This document shows, in pieces, positions 57,009 through 64,000 of a DNA stretch of 64,000 bases. How positions within the stretch are numbered: the first letter of the stretch is position 1; each line of letters begins with the position of its first letter. The translations under genes and the position numbers were made by a program. Source of the DNA: Paramecium tetraurelia (taxonomy: Eukaryota). The stretch spans positions 124,001 to 188,000 of the forward strand of contig CT868659.1 of assembly GCA_000165425.1 (NCBI GenBank), read 5' to 3'. The notes below the pieces were generated by a model. It was not told the origin of the DNA. It saw only the letters and a list, made by a program, of their open reading frames with translations, and did not search any database.

Positions 57009-58284
57009 TCAATTTGCTATTAGTTTTCTCTTGAGTTATCCTAATTTGGAGGATATCAAATCTACAGCTACAGCAACGGATCTCTTTTATTTGATTCTAG
57101 GTTTATCTATAATATGAATACCTGCTGGCAGTATCAGTTTCGTATTCTTATCTCTTCAATCTACAATCATTATCTCTGTTTTCTTTCTCTTTTGATTTGA
57201 TGGAAATCTTTTGATCAACTTCGAATTTTTCATTTTTGGCTTATTGGATTCTGTTTGATAAGGAATCAATCAATCCTGAATAAATAATTAAATCAACATT
57301 ATACCTTCCATATAAGTTTTATCTTGATTGGCTTTAACCAATTGATCAGATAAGAGAGTTCTCAAATCTTCATATGAGCTTTATCTGAGATTTTCAGCTT
57401 AATCCTCTCTGATTCTTTCTGATTAAATGTAATTTTCAATTTGTTTAAGAATTGACAAGACCTTTCTAGTCAACACTTCACATTGACTTGGTTCATCTGC
57501 TGAAGTTTAAGCCTAACTAGCCAATTGACTCAGAATTTCAATTATGGATTTATAGCCTTCCAAATGAACCTTGAATTGTATTGTTATAGTTTACATGATG
57601 TTTTAATTTATTGACTTTTTGAGCCACTTAAGCAAATGAGGAAATTCCCTTAGAATCAATATCTTCTTCGACATCTTCATCATTGTATTAGAAACTGAAA
57701 TCTTCTTAAAGGAATGATGGTTATGGTTATTAGAATCTATTTCTGTTCTTTACCAACACATCCAAGTATTTATTGAAGTATCCTTTGACTTAATTAACTC
57801 CGAATAATGCTTATTCAAGATTGTCCAGAATTGTTTAGTAGGTGGCTGATTCCTTTTGTCTCTTCAATGTCTAATAATCTACTTCTGCCTTCAAATCTGC
57901 GATTTCTAGATTCTTTCTCTCCAAACTAGCCACTGCTTATACTTTCTATGGGTTCAATGAATCTAAATCACTCTTCAAAGTAAGGGAAGTGACAGTGCTT
58001 GTGTTAATAATTTCTGTCAATTAGCTCAAAGCAATATCACAGTTCTATTTGAATCTTACAATTCTCTCATCATCTCTTTTTTGCTCTCCTTCCAATGTTT
58101 GTTCTAAGTGTTGCATTATATCAACCAAATTAGAGACTACTGGATCATCTGTTTACATCTCCATCTGAATTGTTTGTAAAATTGTTTATCCAAATTATGT
58201 TTCTTCTAGTTCAGCTATTTATTGATCAAATTCTGTTGCTAGACAGCCCACAATCACCAATACAAGAAGCAAGGCTCGTTTCAT
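57009..58284 (-). CDS. Trichocyst matrix protein (TMP/GRL)-like secretory precursor
   Basis: Signal peptide MKRALLLVLVIVGCLA; ELEETQFGQTILQTIQMEM; two coiled-coil halves each with a single Cys; central SFLQ. Confidence 0.75.
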
Positions 58285-58558
58285 ATTTAATATATAATTA
58301 ACAATAAAAATCCGTTTTCCACTCTGTTTATTAATATGCTTATAAATTCGATAAACTTACTCTAATGAATTAATGTACTCATTTTGATATCAACTACAAA
58401 TTATTCAACATTATTATCAGTAAAGATATATATGATACAACCAGATATCTTTAACAAACTTATATAACTTAAATCATTCAAATTGAGACTGCTAATTTTA
58501 ATTAACTATTTAAAACTTGATTTAGCTGCAAAAATTAGATTATAAATTTAATTTAAAA

Positions 58559-58741
58559 ATGAACTCAGAAATAATTGAAGTGTGTTAACATTAAAAAGAC
58601 AACATACTTGTTAAAATGAAGAACGGAGAAAAGAAATGGTTTAAATTTGACGAGGTTCTCAAATAATAGCCAAAAATGCTTGCACAATGGCTTGAGAAGC
58701 AAGTATTTTTCAGGGAAGTGGAGGAAGATAAATTATATTGA
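58559..58741 (+). CDS. 60-aa microprotein resembling an isolated chromo shadow domain
   Basis: MNSEIIEVCQHQKDNILVKMKNGEKKWFKFDEVLKQQPKMLAQWLEKQVFFREVEEDKLY*; GC-richer than its flanks; in-frame TGA upstream at 58484. Confidence 0.6.
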
Positions 58742-59513
58742 TGTGTTTTATTTTATTTAAAATTCAAAGATTCAAACTCCATTCCAAATTAAAATCACCA
58801 ATCTCAAGAGCTTCTTGCCTTCATTTCTATCCTTCATTCATTAAAATTTTACTAAATTTCCGGCTAGAATAATATATTCTCAAAATTAGTTATTTCATTA
58901 AATGGATTGAGAGGTTCAAAATCTAAAACATCTAAATTCAGGATACTCATTTTACAGTTAAGCAACATCATACCTTTATTTAGATCTTTAATTTATTATC
59001 CCAATCAAATTAAGCATAATAAAATAAAAATCTAATTCATCATATAAAATCACATTTAAATTAGTCTTATCTAATAATAAATTCAATAATATCAGTTTAT
59101 AATCTACAAATAATCTTCATTCTTTTTGTATTTATTAAACTATTAAAGTATTAATGTAATATAAATCTTAACTCAATATTTTTTAGTTTGTTAAAAGCAA
59201 TTATAAATTATTTTAAGTTACTCATTAATAATTTTTTTAGGATTCATACTTTTTTAAGTAAATTCCTTTAATAATTACTATTTTTGTAAGTAAAACATAC
59301 AACAATCTCGAGAAACTTTAGTCCCAGTGATTAAGTTACAAAAGTAATAATGGCGATATTGTTTAAAGGATATTAATGGTAAAAATATATTTATTAATTG
59401 GTATTCAAAGCTCTCAATGAATTAAATGAATAAAATATATCAAAATTTATGTTTCTTTTTAAATAATATCATCAAAAATATATCAATTTATTGAAATAAC
59501 GAAAAACACTAGA

Positions 59514-59916
59514 ATGAATAAAGAATAGAGCAGAATCCATGATAAAAATTAACCTAAAAGTGCACTAAAAAAAGAAATTAAAAAAGGAAATTAGAGTATT
59601 TAAGATCAAAATAACTTAAGTTAAAAGGTTTGATAGAAAGGGGCAAGAAATTAAATAAGGTTCAAAATATGAGATCACAATCAATGACAAGGCCTAATTT
59701 TTCACTCTTAATGATAATGATAATGAAATCGCTAATCTAGACTTATCCAATTCCTCGAAATATGAAAACACAGAGAGTTGTTCTAAAACTAACCTTAGGA
59801 CTTCTAGAAGTCTAGAACTCAATTCGAAGGAGGAAGCGTTTTTGAAGATGCTGAGTTATAATTTCGAATAAAATAAGAAAAAAGGAAAAGGAAAAGAATG
59901 TTGTATTATTTAGTGA
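59514..59916 (+). CDS. Small protein with polybasic tail and CaaX box
   Basis: KSALKK, KRFDRKGQEIKQGSKYEITI, ends KKKGKGKECCIIQ*; one 25-nt intron. Confidence 0.7.
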
Positions 59917-60369
59917 AACCCTCACTATTGTATTTATATTCTAATTTATGAATAAATATTTATTAAAGTCAACTATATTTTAATAATATATATATGCAAT
60001 TTTTAAATTAATGAGCAAGCGACTTTATTTTGGAGACGAAAAATGCCCAACTCAAAGTATCACTATTTTTCTAAGTTTACCTCCTAAGAAAATTGCTCTT
60101 ATGCTGCATTTCATAAATTCACTTAAATGATTGCATACATAATTTATTGAAGAATTTAAATTTAATAATAATCAAATCTAAATCAGTTAAATCATTTTAC
60201 TTTTCATTATCATCCATTGCTCCACCAAAGTTACTTTTTTGGAGACTTTGATAAATTATATAGTTATGATATCTAAGACTTGTGACATCATACAATTTAT
60301 AATATGAGGAATCGTTGAGAAATTCATTCTTATTTATATACAATTTAAGAAAAATGATCATATCATAAC

Positions 60370-60729
60370 TCATATCACTTCCTATATTTAAGACATCATG
60401 CATTTAAGTTACTGTATTTATTGCTATAATCCATTAATTAATGCAATCTTCTCTTCCAATTCTTTTCTAGAGAGTTCAGAACAATTTGGAGTCCTCTTTT
60501 TTTGTTGAATCTCACATGACTCTTCTTCTGACGACTGAGTTTTGGACATTTTTTTTAATACTCTCTACTTCTTTATTCTTTTGTATATTGGTTGAGGGGT
60601 CAAGAGCTTTGAAGAAACAGTGCAAATATTCTTCAACTGTTGACAAATTGATTCAATCTTTTAATTTTCTGTCAAACTTAATTTTTAACCTGAGTTATTC
60701 ATTATCATGTCATCCAAGATTATTTGCAT
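60370..60729 (-). CDS. Small hypothetical protein
   Basis: Open frame MQIILDDMIM... ending MSQIQEVI*. Confidence 0.6.
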
Positions 60730-61372
60730 ACTAAATTTATGAAAAGGAAAATTTTTGGAAAAATTAATTTATATTATTTTCAATACAAGAATTAATTAAT
60801 CCGTTTTAATATATTTAGAAATAATAGACACAAAATAAAATGAGTTAAACTATGATTTCTGTATTTATTTATAAATATTATAATTATTATAATTAAAATA
60901 CTAACGAATTATTTAGTTTATTTTTATGCTAATTAATATTAATTAACAACCCAAAAATATGAGAAAACCTTACTCAAACCCCAAACCTTAAATCCTTATT
61001 AGAATAAGCGCATTTTCTGATTAAGAGGTTAAGCACTAAAATTAAGGTCTACTAGTGCACTTCAATATATATATTTCCAAATCTATTGAAAATTATATCC
61101 TTGAAGTATCTAATACTTAAATCACTATTTAAATTTGAGCTATTAAAATTAGTATGAAAGTAATTTTTTATATTCGTTTTAAATTGTGTTGATTTTATGA
61201 TTTAAGATGAAACTAGTTTGAGAGCCTTTTGTTATAACATAAACGAGAAATTGATAGATCGACTGTACGAAATTTTGTGAATTTGAATTCTATTAATAGA
61301 TTTATACTATTAAAGTAGTCTATTAATCCTGATTTTTAATAATTAATTTACAAAACATATTTTGATTAAAAA

Positions 61373-62884
61373 ATGTTCAAACTGACTCCCTCAGCTAATT
61401 CTTAGAGATCAACACCAAAAAGTTATAGAAGATTGAGCTCAATCAGCCATTCCAATGGAGAAGTGCTAATGAATGATTATTTTAACTTACCAATGGTATC
61501 TACAAAGAGCACATTTGGAAATTATGGAGTTATTGGATTTAAACCCAACACAATCTCAGTAATTGGAGATTATGATGAAAATAACCAATAATTTTCTTAA
61601 GAGAATAACAAAAGACCAACTTAAATGCAAATTGTCTAAGGAGAAAATAGTCAAGACACCACTAACTACGATATCCTTGAGAAGTATTATTAAAACAAGG
61701 CAATTACTACTTAAAGAAGAATGGAAGTTAAAAAAACCAATACTAGAGAAAATATAAGAGAAGTGAGAAATTTAAGCCTTTAAAAAAAAAACGTACAAAA
61801 TTTAGACAAATTAAATGAAAGTCAAAAATATTCTTCTGGAAGAAATTATATTATAAGAGAAAACTAATTCAAGTAAAATAACAATGATGTACAGTTTTCA
61901 AACATAGATTATGGCTATTAACAAAAAACAAATACTATCGAAATGATTTCAAAAAGAATTGAGAATTCTAAAAGAACACTTAAGAAGGTATTTCTTAGTG
62001 TTTTTTTCTCCATGGTGATTTCAAAAAAGTACAGATTATTTAAACAAGAAGAAAAGTAAATAATTACCATCTTAAATTGTAAACTTTAAAGTTGCTAGAA
62101 AGTAATAAACCAAATTGGAATTAGATAAGTTGAAGAGCAATAATAATAATTCGTCTAAATTGTTTCAAATAAGGTTATTCACTATCTAAACAACCAAACT
62201 TATATCAATGAATGCAATTAGAATGACGATGTATCTAATCCAGTATAAAGTATGGATTGGAAAAAACTTAGAGTTCAAAGCTTTTCAAAATTAATTTACT
62301 AAAATCTGGAATTACTCACCAGAGAATGCAATTTCCCAGAACTATTGAAATGCTAATTGATCACCAGTCTTTATAAAACTTCGAAATAATAGACTTCATT
62401 TTTCGTAGGAGAAAGATGTCATTTCTATTAAGCAAATAGAATCTAACTTACTAGAGAATAAAAATTAGCAATAGCTATGGAATACTTACTATTTTAAATA
62501 GTAATTCCAAAGTTACTACAAATAGTTAATGGTTTACCAACTTACAGCCAAAATCACAAAATCTATACTTAATAGATAATAGTAATAATTGCAAGTCTCT
62601 TACATCGATAATTTGTAAATAGATTTTAAAACATGAAAAAAGTAAAGAATCCTAATGGTTATATGGTCAATAAAAAATTGAGTATATAATATTTAGAAAA
62701 TGGTTTATTTTGCAATGAAATTAGCATTGCAGGCAACACTGGTGATAATAACGAAGTCCTCGAAGGACTATTAGAATAAGACCAAATTTAATCAATTGAA
62801 AATTCAAAGCCAGTTTGGAAATAATCAATGGATAATCTCTTTGATTAGATCCTGTCAAATGTCCAAGATGTAATAAACTTTTGA
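61373..62884 (+). CDS. Hypothetical protein (about 500 aa)
   Basis: Long ciliate-code frame MFKLTPSANSQRSTPKSY... ending VQDVINF*. Confidence 0.65.
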
Positions 62885-63318
62885 TTTTATATTACTTTCT
62901 CTTTATATTATGTTAATGATCATACTATATCTTTTTATTTTTTTTGAATTCTAATTTTAATAGTAAATCAGAAATATGATTAAATGGAAATCAATTTTCG
63001 AATTTTTATCTAAAATATTGTTTTAATGGGGTATTAAAGATTAACTAGCATAATTGTAATTGTTCAAATGTGTTAATATTGAGATCTGAGTAATTATAAT
63101 GAAATTGAAGAAAATCTAAAGGAAATATATTTGATGCCTATTAATTAAGCTCATTTTTTTATTTGAATTCAATTCATCATCAAAGTAATAAAAAAAAGTG
63201 ACATTACTACATATTAATTCTATATATATATATTTAAATCATTTAATTAAAAATAAATACAGAAATAAATAATTAGTTTAATAGATGAATAAAATAAAAT
63301 AATTAATTATTTAATTAT

Positions 63319-64000
63319 ATGAATTAAGAAGTGGAAAACAAGGAAGTTAAGGATTAGAAAGACCAAATTGAATAAGAGTCTGATGACAATGAGAAGAATG
63401 ATAAAAAGGAATAGATATTACAATAAGAGTAGAAGAAAAAGAAGAAGAAAAATAAAAAGAAGAAGAAATGGGGAGAAGAAGGTATCTAGAAATGAAATAT
63501 TAGAGGAAATTATGACTGATTTTGATGATGATTGGTAGAATAAAGTGAAGATGTCTAAGATATTGCAAGACCCTGATTTACCTCAGCACATTAAAGAAAA
63601 ATATGCAATTTATGAGAATAATCCTTATATGATGATAGTGTCAAATGTACCCCTGAATGTGTAATTGAAGGAATTGGAGGAATATTTTAATACCCTTATC
63701 ACTTCACTTGACCCAAAAATCAGTATTGATAAATTATATATTAGCCGAAAGACCTATCAAGGCTATTGAATATGGGGCCACAAAGTCTTGGGTAGTTTTG
63801 GAATGCAGTTCAAAGGAAGCTAAAAGAGCATTAGTCACTTAAGATTAGGTTCAATTCGTTAATAATTGTAAAATAAAAGTAGAGAGACCAAGAAAATTTT
63901 TAGAAAGAATTTTAAATCCATAAGCAAGGGAAGGGGAACTGAGTGCTGAATAAAAATAAGAAGACAACACTAGATTGTATTTGGGAGGATTACCAACATA
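63319..64000 (+). CDS. U2AF2: U2AF large subunit (U2AF65)-like, truncated by the window end
   Basis: KKKKW (ULM-like); RRM1 MIVSNVPLNV..EEYFN..KIKVERP; start of RRM2 RLYLGGLPT. Confidence 0.75.

Noticed and set aside
60945..61000. CCCAAA/CCCCAAA telomere-like words
   Set aside because: Only one or two imperfect units, no tandem array

Overview
AT-rich, very gene-dense eukaryotic DNA read with the ciliate code (TAA/TAG = Gln, TGA = only stop). Genes carry tiny 20-30 nt GT..AG introns and intergenic spacers can be very short, which is typical of a Paramecium macronuclear chromosome. The supplied standard-code ORF track is therefore fragmentary or antisense. Manual re-translation gives about 38 protein genes, one tRNA-Glu(TTC) and at least one pseudogene. 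Recognisable products: U1A/U2B''-like, PDCT/SMS-like, cytochrome b5, CDF transporter, GH31 glucosidase, RTF1, ODA docking-complex subunit, Arf-like GTPases, CLP1, UMP1, COQ4, EXD2, FHA-RINGv, Qc-SNARE, MBOAT, START protein, MAPK and other kinases, PCGF-like RING, TMEM138, BRF1, trichocyst matrix-like protein, U2AF65-like. Best leads: a NADAR(YbiA)-FHA-RRM fusion with substituted active-site residues, a 60-aa stand-alone chromo-shadow-like microprotein, a BMI1/PCGF-type RING protein, degenerate Arf pseudo-GTPases, and COQ4/EXD2 start codons 8 bp apart. All family calls are from motif recognition by eye; no searches were run.
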